Source: an uncultured Deferribacteraceae bacterium
GTDB lineage: Bacteria > Chrysiogenota > Deferribacteres > Deferribacterales > Mucispirillaceae
NCBI GenBank assembly: GCA_947039395.1
Contig: CAMQYS010000007.1
Location: 971 to 64,970, forward strand
Length of the DNA stretch: 64,000 nt
Reading direction: 5' to 3'
In this document: positions 21,566 to 32,183 of the stretch, piece by piece
Layout of the letters: each line of letters starts with the position of its first letter
Numbering within the stretch: the stretch's first letter is position 1
Position numbers and translations under genes: made by a program
The notes under the pieces: generated by a model
The model's database searches: none
Seen by the model: the letters and a program-made list of their open reading frames with translations, nothing else
What the model was told of the DNA's origin: nothing

Positions 21566-22384
21566 ATGATAAAAAGAAACTTAATTAAACTCTTTAAAGA
21601 AGAGAGTAAATATACTAAAAAATCGTTAGGACAACATTTTCTAACTAATCAACATATAATTGAACAGATCGTAGCATCAGCTGATATTGATGAAAACTGT
21701 AATATTATCGAAATAGGGCCTGGATGTGGAGTATTAACTGAATATCTAGTCGATACCCCTGCTCACTTAACAGCTGTTGAAATAGATACAGATCTTACAT
21801 ACTTTCTTATACGTCAGTTTGAAGATAAATCCAACTTTGATATAGTTAATGAAGATGCATCTAAATTAGATTTTTCAACTTTACTTAATAAAGATAGCAA
21901 GATCATATATGTTGGCAATCTACCATACAACCTATCTGTTAGGATATTAACACAGATAACATATGATATAGATAGAATTAAGTCTGTTGTCTTTATGTTC
22001 CAAAAAGAGGTTGCAAATAGAATTAACGCGAAACCTAATAGTAAAGAGTATTCATCTTTATCTGTTTTTGCATCGTACTACTACGATATTTCTAAAGTTA
22101 GGGATATCGGTGGTAATAACTTTATGCCTAATACTAAAGTACAATCTACTGTCTTAAAATTTATTCCACATAAAAACAGATTGCTTGAAAGCGATAAAGA
22201 AGAAGGTTTTTTTAAGTTTATAAATATAGCATTCACTCAAAAACGTAAAACACTTAAAAATAATTTGAGAATTATAACAGATGTAACAAATATATTAAAT
22301 GAACTAGATATAAAGCCATCTGTTAGAGCTGAAGAGTTATCAATTATAGATTTTGTTAAATTATTTAATAAAATATCATCTTAA
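21566..22384 (+). CDS. rsmA: 16S rRNA (A1518/A1519-N6)-dimethyltransferase
   Basis: KKSLGQHFL, EIGPGCGVLT SAM motif, GNLPYN. Confidence 0.93.
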   Translation: MIKRNLIKLFKEESKYTKKSLGQHFLTNQHIIEQIVASADIDENCNIIEIGPGCGVLTEYLVDTPAHLTAVEIDTDLTYFLIRQFEDKSNFDIVNEDASKLDFSTLLNKDSKIIYVGNLPYNLSVRILTQITYDIDRIKSVVFMFQKEVANRINAKPNSKEYSSLSVFASYYYDISKVRDIGGNNFMPNTKVQSTVLKFIPHKNRLLESDKEEGFFKFINIAFTQKRKTLKNNLRIITDVTNILNELDIKPSVRAEELSIIDFVKLFNKISS

Positions 22385-22496
22385 ATTTAATAAACACATA
22401 ATAATACTATCTAATTATATTATATGCTGTTGCTATTTTATATAGATATGAGTTATAATATTTCCTTGAAATATCCAGATAAATAGAGAAGAGATT

Positions 22497-23645
22497 TTGA
22501 CTAAATTTGAAAATAAGTTTAAAAATATTGATGAATACAGAAGCATGGAAATCGGTTTTAAAAGAATTGACTTAGCTTTAACATTAATTAATTTTGATGA
22601 AAGAAAACTAGGGAAAATTATACACATAGCTGGAACTAACGGTAAAGGATCAACTGCAACTTTTTTAAATCAAATTCTATCTGTAAATTATCTGCAAACA
22701 GCACTATTCACATCACCACATATTATGGATATAACAGAAAGAATATCTATAAACGGTAAGGATATTACAAAAAGTAAATTTAACTCTCTATTTGATGAAA
22801 ATATAGATATAATTAATAAATGTAAGCTTACTTACTTTGAAGCGATTTTTTTTCTTTTTATCGTTCATACAATTAAAAGTAACGTCGATATAACTATCTT
22901 AGAAACTGGAATAGGTGGAAGGTATGATGCAACAAATACATCTTTAATAACAGATAAAATTACAGTTTTCACCTCTTTTTCACTAGATCATACAGAGATT
23001 CTTGGAAATAATATATTCAGTATAATTGATGACAAACTATCTATCACAAGAGAGTCTAATAAAAGTTTTATCGGAATAAATCACGATCAGATCAGAAAAT
23101 ATATTAGAACGAGAATAAATGAAAATAATCTGCTTTTTATAGAAGATAAAGAAAGAGAGAATAATTTATACCCGTATCCATACAGTGAAAACTACGAACT
23201 TGCAAATAAAGTTGCCTCATATATATTAGGGGAAAATCTACCAACCGATAACTCTCTTTGCCTTCCTCAAGCAAGGCTTGAATATCATGACAATATCATA
23301 TTAGATGGAACTCATAATATAGATGGGTTAATAAAATTAATAAAATCTATCAATAAAAGTGAGATAGGATATATAATTTTCTCACTAACATCAAATAGGG
23401 ATATAAATAGTTTTTTAAACATATTAAAAACTATCTCTAATAATATTATCTTAACAACGATACCTGATAATCCACGATCTATTGATGAAGATCAATTGAA
23501 TGAGATTGATTGTAAAACATACCTATCCCCTATTGATGCATGGGAGTTTGTACAAAATAATAATGAAAATGGTAAGAGAATTCTTATTTTAGGATCGTTT
23601 TTTCTGATCGCTTACTATAAGAAAACTCTCGGTATAAGTGCATGA
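22497..23645 (+). CDS. folC: folylpolyglutamate/dihydrofolate synthase
   Basis: IHIAGTNGKGST P-loop, SPHI..ITERI, Mur-ligase layout. TTG start, uncertain. Confidence 0.85.
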   Translation: MTKFENKFKNIDEYRSMEIGFKRIDLALTLINFDERKLGKIIHIAGTNGKGSTATFLNQILSVNYLQTALFTSPHIMDITERISINGKDITKSKFNSLFDENIDIINKCKLTYFEAIFFLFIVHTIKSNVDITILETGIGGRYDATNTSLITDKITVFTSFSLDHTEILGNNIFSIIDDKLSITRESNKSFIGINHDQIRKYIRTRINENNLLFIEDKERENNLYPYPYSENYELANKVASYILGENLPTDNSLCLPQARLEYHDNIILDGTHNIDGLIKLIKSINKSEIGYIIFSLTSNRDINSFLNILKTISNNIILTTIPDNPRSIDEDQLNEIDCKTYLSPIDAWEFVQNNNENGKRILILGSFFLIAYYKKTLGISA

Positions 23646-25822
23646 TTAAAGCGTTTAAAAATATATTAAAGGTATCTGTTATGTTAATACTAACAACAAC
23701 AGGTGTCTACTCAATTGATAAAGACGAATATAAATTATCAGCTGATAACGCATCTCTTATAGATAATAACACTTACATTGCAACAGGAGATGTTTTCTTA
23801 GAGGCAAAAGAGGTTACAGTTAAAGCAGATTTAGTAAAATATTTTTTAGATAATAATACATTAAACGCAATCGGAAATGTCACACTAATATCTGGAACAA
23901 AAACAATTAATGCAGATGAAATTACATACAATATAGATAACGATACAGGAAGAGCATCAAATGTTACTGGATATTTAGATCCTGATTACTATATATGTGC
24001 AAAATCATTTGAACAAACCTCTGCTTCAACATTTAATCTTAAAGAGGCAAGAATATCTGCTTGTCCTGGGACTATTCCTGATTGGTCGTTCTATCTATAT
24101 TCAGGAAGTTTAGATCTTGAAGGATCAGCCGTTGCTAATCATATAACAATGGATATTTTAAATACCCCTATAATATACTCTCCTAGATTATCATACCCTC
24201 TAGCCTCTAAAAGAAAAACTGGACTTCTCATGCCTGATCTAGGAATATCTAGTACACATGGTACTTTCTTATTAGCTAGATTTTACATAGCTCCAGATAT
24301 AAATTATGATTTTACAATAGGGCTTAATATCTTTACATCAAGTGGATTTCAACCGTCTGCAGAGTTTAGATACTCTCTTACTGAAAAATCAAACTTTTAT
24401 GTAGCAGCAGAATGGATACATGATTTTACAGATGAAATAAGAAATAAAGAAAGATGGAGTTATATTTTAGTAAACTCATACTCTCCAATAGATGAAGTAA
24501 CAATATCGTTAAATGCGAACGAAGCATCAGATTATCTATATGCAAGAAGTTATAGCGAATATTCAATGTCAGAGTATTTTAAAAATAATAAAGAAAATTT
24601 CTATCATCTTGAAGTAGCTATAAATTACTTCTCAAGCTTTATTAATGTAAATGTTGAATATAATAAAAATACTCAATATAGAGATCAACTTGTTAGTTAT
24701 CAAAAAAACTATACAGAATTATTACCAACAATATCATTATATAAAACTATCCCAGTGCTACCTTTTCTTGTTCTATCTTATGATCTATCTTATGAGAGAG
24801 TAACATCACAAAATCAAGATCTTGGATACGACAACTCTTTGCTTTTAAATGATGTAGATAAATATAGTCGTTTTAATTCAACCCTCAACCTTAAAGCACC
24901 TATTGATTTGAAACTTGCTATCATTACTCCATCAATTGAAGTCGGATACTCATTATGGCACGATTACAATAAAGAGTTTGATAGTAGTCTCTCAAAAAAA
25001 GATGCTTTAGGCGGAATAGATATTCTTAAACCGAATATGGCTCAACGATATTACGCTTCATTTGGATTATCTTCTGCATTTAGAGAGCTGTATAGAGAAT
25101 ATAAATATTTTACTCACACAATATCTAATACGGTTTCACTAAACTATCTTCCAGAACTATCACATAATAATCAAGTTATAAACTCTTCATTTGATAATCT
25201 TATACCTAATGGCGGTATAACATATAAAATGATAAATTACCTTACTGCTAAAACATGGAATCATACAATAACATTATCTCAAGGTTTTAATTTTATTGAT
25301 ACTCTTGAATTTACTCCATTAACAATAAATATGATAACAAATGTAAACGATATTTTTATAAACATATTTGATATGGAGTTTAGTTATTCAGATAGTATAA
25401 ATAAAGGTCACTCAACGGTACAATTTCTATCTAATCAGTTACGCTTCTTTATTTTAAAATATTTATACGTTGACACTGTATATGTACACGATAATAGAGC
25501 AGAGAGTTTCTATAACACATCAGTAACAGTAAGTGGTGGGTTTAGGATATGGCGTATAGGTGGTAAAGCAAGCGCTACATGGCAAGGTGATAATAACAAC
25601 GGATTTAGTAATTTAAAATCAACATCGCAAGGTGTAGGATTAAGTTATAATGCAGATTGTTGGTCTATCGGAGTTGAGGTTGTACACGATCTCTATATCA
25701 CAAGTTTTGGATCAAATCAGAATTTAAGAGATGAGTATACTGTCTATTTAGCATTTTCTCTTAAAGGATTAGTAGAGACTACGTTACAGTTTGATACATC
25801 TACTTTCACTCCTGTAAATTAA
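23642..25822 (+). CDS. lptD: LPS-assembly outer-membrane protein LptD
   Basis: N-terminal OstA-like beta-jellyroll repeats. SACPG...W...PIIYSPRLSYPLASKRKTGLLMP aligns with the E. coli LptD core. ATGA overlap with folC. Confidence 0.9.
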   Translation: MIKAFKNILKVSVMLILTTTGVYSIDKDEYKLSADNASLIDNNTYIATGDVFLEAKEVTVKADLVKYFLDNNTLNAIGNVTLISGTKTINADEITYNIDNDTGRASNVTGYLDPDYYICAKSFEQTSASTFNLKEARISACPGTIPDWSFYLYSGSLDLEGSAVANHITMDILNTPIIYSPRLSYPLASKRKTGLLMPDLGISSTHGTFLLARFYIAPDINYDFTIGLNIFTSSGFQPSAEFRYSLTEKSNFYVAAEWIHDFTDEIRNKERWSYILVNSYSPIDEVTISLNANEASDYLYARSYSEYSMSEYFKNNKENFYHLEVAINYFSSFINVNVEYNKNTQYRDQLVSYQKNYTELLPTISLYKTIPVLPFLVLSYDLSYERVTSQNQDLGYDNSLLLNDVDKYSRFNSTLNLKAPIDLKLAIITPSIEVGYSLWHDYNKEFDSSLSKKDALGGIDILKPNMAQRYYASFGLSSAFRELYREYKYFTHTISNTVSLNYLPELSHNNQVINSSFDNLIPNGGITYKMINYLTAKTWNHTITLSQGFNFIDTLEFTPLTINMITNVNDIFINIFDMEFSYSDSINKGHSTVQFLSNQLRFFILKYLYVDTVYVHDNRAESFYNTSVTVSGGFRIWRIGGKASATWQGDNNNGFSNLKSTSQGVGLSYNADCWSIGVEVVHDLYITSFGSNQNLRDEYTVYLAFSLKGLVETTLQFDTSTFTPVN

Positions 25823-25886
25823 TTATGATGACTATCCTTGATATTATTATATATTTATATTATACTAGCTTTTATTTGTTTGAGAT

Positions 25887-26951
25887 ATGAGGTGTCGCAT
25901 ATATAAGTTTTTTTTCATTATTATGATAGGACTACTTTTCTGTTCAACTAATGTTTATTCATTTTCAACAGATGCAACTGGAGTCGCTCATATTAAAAAC
26001 AGAAATATAAAAGCAGCAAAAAAAGATGCAATTAATGATGCTCTGCTATCTGGAATTAGACAGTATTATTACTCTATTGCACCTGTTGAGAAAATTCAAA
26101 TACCTAAAATTACCAATAGTTATTTAAAATATGTGAAAAAATTTATTGTTCTATCAGATAAAGTAGATGAAACTAATAGAAAATACGTAGTTAATCTACA
26201 AGTGACAGTTGACACAATAGGGCTTAGTGATGCTTCTGAATATACTAGCCAACAAACTAATTCAGCTGTTTACTCAATTGAGGGTATAGATTATATGTTG
26301 ATAGGCAGAGAAGTATCAGAACAAATAATTACAGATGAACTTAAAAAGAAAAACTTTATACTATCAGATCAAGATTATTTTGAATATTCCATCCGTGATG
26401 ATAGTAATATAAAAAAAATACTTAAAAAATTTAACGATCATAATGCAAACTTTTATTTTAACCTAGTAGCTGATGTAAAATTTGATGATTTTACAAATAA
26501 AGATTCTAAGTGTGAATTAATCTTAACAACTACGGTATACAATAAAGTCTCTAATAAAACAACATTAAGAGTAAATACTGACTCTAAACTTAATGATACA
26601 GTTACTTGTCTTGAAGAAGTATTAGTTAAAAGTATGCAGAAGACTTTAGATTATATTAGAGGTCAAGTAGTAAGGCTTGATACTTTAGAAAATGTTTCAC
26701 ATAAATTAAATATTATTATAATAAATTTCACCAATATGGTAACCGTTAATAATCTACTAAACTCATTGAAAGATAGAAAATATATTAGTGACTTTAATAT
26801 CAAATCTTTTGCTCAAAAAGAAGTTACTATCGAAGTCACAGCTTTTATAAATGAAGCTGATATGGTAAAAAGATTATCATTGCTATTAGGTACTGATATG
26901 AATGTTTATATTAATGATAATGAAATTATCGTTAATTTCAATAATAATTAA
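25887..26951 (+). CDS. hypothetical secreted protein
   Basis: Signal peptide MRCRIYKFFFIIMIGLLFCSTNVYS. The N-terminal segment (AAKKDAINDALLSGIRQYY) is weakly reminiscent of LPP20/FlgT_N-type domains. Confidence 0.6.
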   Translation: MRCRIYKFFFIIMIGLLFCSTNVYSFSTDATGVAHIKNRNIKAAKKDAINDALLSGIRQYYYSIAPVEKIQIPKITNSYLKYVKKFIVLSDKVDETNRKYVVNLQVTVDTIGLSDASEYTSQQTNSAVYSIEGIDYMLIGREVSEQIITDELKKKNFILSDQDYFEYSIRDDSNIKKILKKFNDHNANFYFNLVADVKFDDFTNKDSKCELILTTTVYNKVSNKTTLRVNTDSKLNDTVTCLEEVLVKSMQKTLDYIRGQVVRLDTLENVSHKLNIIIINFTNMVTVNNLLNSLKDRKYISDFNIKSFAQKEVTIEVTAFINEADMVKRLSLLLGTDMNVYINDNEIIVNFNNN

Positions 26952-26971
26952 ACGAATATTTAGATAACGTA

Positions 26972-27973
26972 ATGATAAATAAACTTTTAGACTTACTTAA
27001 ATCAAAACGAAAAATTCTTATACAAACTCATAATAATCCTGATCCAGATGCGATTGCTGCTGCATTTGGATTAAAAAACATAATTACTAGATTACAAAAG
27101 AAACGTGTTACTATCGCATATATGGGGATAATCGGAAGGATAGAAAATAGAAAGCTAGTTAAGATATGTAATATTGATATGTATCGCTTAGACTCTATTG
27201 ATATATCTAGATACGATTATATAATAGTTGTTGATACACAGATAGGTGCTGGTAATAGTTATCAAATAGGTGATAGAACTCCTGACGCAGTAATAGATCA
27301 TCATAATCAGATTATGCTTGATAAATCTATACCGTTTATAGATATTAGAACTGAGTACGGATCTACATCTACAATTATCACCGAGTATTATAAACAGTTA
27401 GGTATCATTCCATCACAAAACACAGCGATCGCACTATATTATGGTATAAAAACAGATATCTTTGGTGTTGCTAGAAAAAGTATTCAAAAAGATGTTGATA
27501 TGTTAGGATTTATTTTTCCATCTATTTCTATATTAAAATTAAATAAAATTGAAACTCCAGATATGCCTAATTTTTACTTTAGAAATATAGGAAAAGCCAT
27601 TGATAGATCGGTAATTATAGGGGATCTTCTATTCTGTGATCTAGGTACTGTACGCAACCCTGATTTAATAGCAGAAATGAGTGACTTCCTTCTACGTATG
27701 CGTAAAATAACTACAGCATTTATAGTTGGTAAAATTAAAGATACCTGTTATTTTTCATTGCGATATAAGAAAAATGATATTAAAGTTGGTATAATGGCGA
27801 TATCGTTAGTAAAAGGTATCGGTTACGGTGGTGGACATATGAAGTCTGCTGGAGGACAAGTTCCTCTTAACGATCAATTAACATATAGTGATGCAGTAAA
27901 AATACTTAAAAAACGATTGATAGAAAAAATAAAAAATGTTGATCCTGAAAATTATGAGGAAAAACGTATCTAG
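26972..27973 (+). CDS. DHH/DHHA1 phosphoesterase (NrnA-like)
   Basis: HNNPDPDAIAAA, VIDHH, GYGGGHMKSAGG motifs. Confidence 0.85.
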   Translation: MINKLLDLLKSKRKILIQTHNNPDPDAIAAAFGLKNIITRLQKKRVTIAYMGIIGRIENRKLVKICNIDMYRLDSIDISRYDYIIVVDTQIGAGNSYQIGDRTPDAVIDHHNQIMLDKSIPFIDIRTEYGSTSTIITEYYKQLGIIPSQNTAIALYYGIKTDIFGVARKSIQKDVDMLGFIFPSISILKLNKIETPDMPNFYFRNIGKAIDRSVIIGDLLFCDLGTVRNPDLIAEMSDFLLRMRKITTAFIVGKIKDTCYFSLRYKKNDIKVGIMAISLVKGIGYGGGHMKSAGGQVPLNDQLTYSDAVKILKKRLIEKIKNVDPENYEEKRI

Positions 27974-27998
27974 TATTAATTAAAAGGAGAATATGTTT

Positions 27999-28163
27999 AT
28001 GAAAAAGTATGTTTGTTTAGTCTGTGCATGGGTATATGATGAAGCGATAGGTGATCCTGATTCTGGACTTGCTCCAGGCACTAAATTTGAAGATATCCCT
28101 GATGATTGGGAATGCCCATTATGCAAGGTAAGAAAAGATCAATTTAAATTGGTTGAAGATTAA
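27999..28163 (+). CDS. rubredoxin (54 aa)
   Basis: Below the ORF-track size cut-off. [15 protein letters not shown]...[15 protein letters not shown] has both CxxC pairs. AAGGAG SD lies 9 nt upstream (alternative ATG at 27993). Confidence 0.88.
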   Translation: MKKYVCLVCAWVYDEAIGDPDSGLAPGTKFEDIPDDWECPLCKVRKDQFKLVED

Positions 28164-28203
28164 GAAGTTAAGTAATTAAAAAATTATAATATGTTTTAAA
28201 ATA

Positions 28204-28246
28204 AGCAGTGGAAGTTACGATAAATAGATACTTCTACTGCTTTTTT
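28204..28246. terminator. rho-independent terminator (usable in both directions)
   Basis: 12-bp stem agcagtggaagt/acttctactgct (one G-U pair), followed by T6. A/T runs flank it on both sides. It lies between convergent genes. Confidence 0.7.
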
Positions 28247-28368
28247 CATGTTTAAAATTAATAATTAGATATGGTATCTGCAAGAAAAATGGTAAAATGA
28301 TTTAAAATTAAAAATACATACCTAAATAAAATATAAGCAAATCCCTATCAACTTCTAGTTGGTAAAAC

Positions 28369-29565
28369 CTATCTTCTAAAAGTATTTATATCTATCACTT
28401 CTAGTTGATGCGGTTTTTTCTTCCACTCATAAATATCTACTTCAGCCTCATACTCAACATCAGGATCATCATTTGGTGATCTATCAGGAAGATTTAATAT
28501 CGCTAATGTATGTTTATCCTCACTCAATGCTAAACACTCATAATATGAAAACTCAAAAACTTCTAACTCACGACATGTAATATCAGTAATAACTGCTCTT
28601 TGTGTTTCAAGAAACATAATCTTATTGCCAGGTAATTCTAATATCTCTACACATTCATATGTTATCGGAGATGGTTGATAAGCTCTTATCTTATCTCCCT
28701 CTTCCTTATCTCTTAATATAGAATATTTTAAAACCGCTTCCTTATCAAAAATCATCATTCCATCTATTGTAGATTCCCTATTAGTTACAGTTGTCCACAC
28801 TCTACCACCGATTACAGCTATAGAGTAAATATCGTAGCGTTGCTTATGTGCATTTAATTGCTTTGTGTTTTTATCGTAAACATATACAGTTGTTGATTTA
28901 CCCCATGTTATCATTGCTATTGCTATTATATCTTTATGTTCCGATGCAGCAATTTCTATCCAATTAGGTCTCTCTTTAGATTCAAATATAGCTATTAACT
29001 CTAAATTATTATCATAAAGTTCACATCTATCATCTGTTGATACAGATAGTATATAACCTGCAGAAAGATACCACACACATGATATATTCTGAATAACATG
29101 TATCTCTTCTAGCTCATCTGTAACTAAATATTTATGAATACGGTTATGGCGAATAATCAGTAAGTAAAGTTGTGAATTAGATATATAGAAATTAAAGTAA
29201 TTCATATCATGTTGATGATAGCTTTCTCTAGGTAAAGACTCTATAAGTTCAACTTTCTCACCGTTAGAACGATAGATATCTAACGCTTCGTCCCACTCAT
29301 TTGTATAGTTGGAAAAATATAAATACATATAGCCATTTACATAATGATAATCAACAATATCTTTATGACCACTATCAATAAATATAAATTTCTGTGATGA
29401 GCCATCTTCCATATTGTAACGATATGCTATTATATCTTCATTACTATTTTCTAAGATGAGATAAGAGTTATCTGTTAGAAGTTTTATCCTCTTAAATCCA
29501 TGTAGGTATTTAAAGAAATACGCCTTTAAATTATCGTGCTTAATCGTTTTACTTTTCTCAAACAA
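28369..29565 (-). CDS. hypothetical 398-aa protein, no recognisable family (aromatic-rich, probably all-beta repeat)
   Basis: Long clean ORF. AAGGA SD lies 6 nt before the TTG start. No signal peptide or TM helix. Confidence 0.65.
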   Translation of the reverse strand: MFEKSKTIKHDNLKAYFFKYLHGFKRIKLLTDNSYLILENSNEDIIAYRYNMEDGSSQKFIFIDSGHKDIVDYHYVNGYMYLYFSNYTNEWDEALDIYRSNGEKVELIESLPRESYHQHDMNYFNFYISNSQLYLLIIRHNRIHKYLVTDELEEIHVIQNISCVWYLSAGYILSVSTDDRCELYDNNLELIAIFESKERPNWIEIAASEHKDIIAIAMITWGKSTTVYVYDKNTKQLNAHKQRYDIYSIAVIGGRVWTTVTNRESTIDGMMIFDKEAVLKYSILRDKEEGDKIRAYQPSPITYECVEILELPGNKIMFLETQRAVITDITCRELEVFEFSYYECLALSEDKHTLAILNLPDRSPNDDPDVEYEAEVDIYEWKKKPHQLEVIDINTFRR

Positions 29566-29763
29566 AACAGTTCCTTACTATATATAGTTCATTGTAAAAA
29601 TTTCAAATTAATGAATAACCATTTAATCATAATTATAAAAAAAATTCAAGTTAATATATTAATTTAACATGAACAAAAACTTTTATAGACAATTCTATAA
29701 ATTTATATAGAATGGTTAAAATTTATATAGAGTAATTTAGATTATTATATTATGGAGCAATCA

Positions 29764-30588
29764 ATGTCTTTTTTTGTATTAGATGAAAATAAGTGTAGAC
29801 GAGACAGTATCTGTGTAGATGTTTGTCCAACAAAGATAATAAAACAAGAGAAAGGTGAGCTACCTTATATCTCTGAAAAATCAGAAGCCTTTTGTATCGC
29901 CTGTGGATTATGTTATGCTTTTTGTCCACACGATGCGTGCTATGTTGAAAGTTTGAATAAAGAAGAGTTTATACCGATTGATAAAAACTTAAAAATATCA
30001 AATGACTCTGCTGTTCAATTTTTAAAATCACGAAGATCTGTTAGAAAGTTTAAAAATAGATCTATAGATCAAGAAGATCTTGCAATAATTTTAGATACAG
30101 CAAGATACGCCCCTTCTGCTAAAAATATGCAACCTGTACGATGGATTGCTGTTAGAGGGTTCGATAAAATGAAAGAGCTTGCAGGATTGTTATATACATA
30201 TTTCGATTCTGTAGCAAAAAGCAAAGATATTGATAAAGATGAAAAATTACATGCTAAACTGATATCATTAGCATATAAAAGTGGTAACGATGTATTTTTT
30301 AGAGGTGCACCCGATCTAATTATTGCTGTAATCCCTAAAAGCTATAAATGGCCTCAAGATGGAGCTATAGCTTTAACATATATTGAGCTTGCTGCATCTG
30401 GTATCGGTGCTGGTTGCTGTTGGGCAGGATATTTTACAACAGCTGTCAATTATGATGATACAATCAAACAGTTTGTTGGTATTACTGATGATGAAGTTGT
30501 TGTAGGTGCACAGATGATCGGATATCCAGTTTATAGACCTAAAGCTATTCCATCAAGAAAAAAACTGGATGTTAAATATATTGAATAA
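29764..30588 (+). CDS. nitroreductase-family protein with N-terminal 4Fe-4S ferredoxin domain
   Basis: CRRDSICVDVCP and CIACGLCYAFCP cluster motifs, then RRSVRKF...APSAKNMQP nitroreductase motifs. GGAG SD favours ATG at 29764 (track 29752). Confidence 0.87.
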   Translation: MSFFVLDENKCRRDSICVDVCPTKIIKQEKGELPYISEKSEAFCIACGLCYAFCPHDACYVESLNKEEFIPIDKNLKISNDSAVQFLKSRRSVRKFKNRSIDQEDLAIILDTARYAPSAKNMQPVRWIAVRGFDKMKELAGLLYTYFDSVAKSKDIDKDEKLHAKLISLAYKSGNDVFFRGAPDLIIAVIPKSYKWPQDGAIALTYIELAASGIGAGCCWAGYFTTAVNYDDTIKQFVGITDDEVVVGAQMIGYPVYRPKAIPSRKKLDVKYIE

Positions 30589-30618
30589 CTTTTTAGTAGA
30601 AAAATAGTGATGTGATAC

Positions 30619-30947
30619 TTTTTTGAAATATACATAAATATAAAGAACGCTGAATTTATCGGCGTTCTTTTTTGCACATAAATAAACTTAGATCATCTCT
30701 CATATTGTTCTTTTTTGTATAAAACTATCTTTCTACTTATTCCAACAACCCCATTATCGGCGTTCTTCTTATCACTATTTTTTCTATATGTTTTTAGTAA
30801 TATTTATGATAAAATAAATAATATATGTGAGTTTGATAGTTTTTAAAGTCTGTAGATATTTCTATTGTAATATTAATAATAGAAATAATAATAGTAATAA
30901 TTATTATAATAATACATTTATCACAGAACATGTATTACAATATCTAA
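30619..30947 (+). repeat. copy a of the duplicated terminator/promoter cassette (with about 100-nt insertion)
   Basis: ttttttgaaatatacataaatataaagaacgctgaatttatcggcgttctttttt, then cactatttt..tatatgtttt..atatttatgata..tttgatagtttttaaagtctgtagatatttctattg..(TAA/TAG-rich)..catttatcacagaacatgtattacaa. Matches 32184-32425. Confidence 0.85.
30645..30673 (+). terminator. rho-independent terminator after the nitroreductase gene
   Basis: gaacgc-tgaatttatcg-gcgttc followed by T6. Confidence 0.65.
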
Positions 30948-30962
30948 ATGGAGAATTATTTT

Positions 30963-32183
30963 ATGAAGTTCAACACGTCAAAATCATTATCAAGCACTAA
31001 TTGTGCAATAACAGGCACAGCTATTAAATGTACAAACACTTTAATAAATGATGATGTTGACTTTATTAAAAACAACGCATCAACTGTTACATCTCTTGAC
31101 TTAACAGCAACATTTGATGATAGTCTTGACTCTATATCAACGATAACACAGAAACAGTTAGATAATCTTACATCAACAGCTTTTCCTCTGTTAGATACTC
31201 TATCTATCTCTTACAACGAAATAACAAATTTAAACCTAGCTAAATTCCCTGCTCTTACAAAACTAACTGCAATGGGTGTAAATAATATTACTGGGTTTAA
31301 TGATATAAAAAATAATCTCACAACTGTAGAGATATCTAAGGAAAGTAGAATTGATCTTGCCGATATAATAGGTATAGCTGACAAAACCAAAGTAACAACA
31401 TTAGGGTTAGGAGATTATATAGAGACAAACCTTGATATATCAGGATTTACGAACCTTATGAACCTTTCGGTATCGGATATGGAGAACTTAACAACACTTG
31501 ATCTATCTAAACTTACGAATCTTACGAAACTTGATATATGGTATATAGAGAACTTAGCAACACTTGATCTATCTAAACTTACGAACCTTACGAACCTTCA
31601 GGTATCGGATATGGATAACTTAGTAACACTTACTCTACCAACTGAGGCAAAGAACCTTACGATACTTAAGGTATGGAGTCTACCTCAATTAAATAAACTT
31701 GATATATCTGAATTTACGAATCTTACGAACCTTAAGGTATGGGGTATAAATAACTTAACAGCACTTACTCTACCAACTGAGGCAAAGAATCTTACGATAC
31801 TTGAGGTATGTCAGCTAGCTATAACCGAGCTTGATATATCTGCACTCACGAACCTTACGAAACTTGAGGTATGTAATCTAGCTATAACAGAGTTTGATAT
31901 ATCTGCACTCACGAACCTTACGAAACTTGAGGTAAATAATCTACCTAAATTAACAGCACTTACTCTATCTGCACTCACTGCTAATTTAACATCTTTACTG
32001 TTAGGTTCTAACACTAGCCTTGCAACATTAAATCTAGGAACTACATCATTTATAAAAGGATTAGAAGTAACAGGACGTGGAAATACAGCGTTAAAAACAA
32101 TTAACAATATCATATTTGTAGAAAATGATAAAATAATGATCAATTTAACAAATCCAAAGATTGGTTATTCTCCTGCATCGTAA
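30963..32183 (+). CDS. leucine-rich-repeat protein, leaderless (LRR-1, about 406 aa)
   Basis: About nine 22-23-aa units of type LDLSKLTNLTNLQVSDMDNLVT. GGAG SD is 9 nt before the ATG at 30963 (track start 30948). No hydrophobic N-terminus. Confidence 0.85.
   Translation: MKFNTSKSLSSTNCAITGTAIKCTNTLINDDVDFIKNNASTVTSLDLTATFDDSLDSISTITQKQLDNLTSTAFPLLDTLSISYNEITNLNLAKFPALTKLTAMGVNNITGFNDIKNNLTTVEISKESRIDLADIIGIADKTKVTTLGLGDYIETNLDISGFTNLMNLSVSDMENLTTLDLSKLTNLTKLDIWYIENLATLDLSKLTNLTNLQVSDMDNLVTLTLPTEAKNLTILKVWSLPQLNKLDISEFTNLTNLKVWGINNLTALTLPTEAKNLTILEVCQLAITELDISALTNLTKLEVCNLAITEFDISALTNLTKLEVNNLPKLTALTLSALTANLTSLLLGSNTSLATLNLGTTSFIKGLEVTGRGNTALKTINNIIFVENDKIMINLTNPKIGYSPAS
31425..32033 (+). repeat. 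in-frame 66-69-nt tandem coding repeats (LRR units) in LRR-1
   Basis: Recurrent acgaaccttacgaacctt... units visible in the DNA. Confidence 0.85.
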
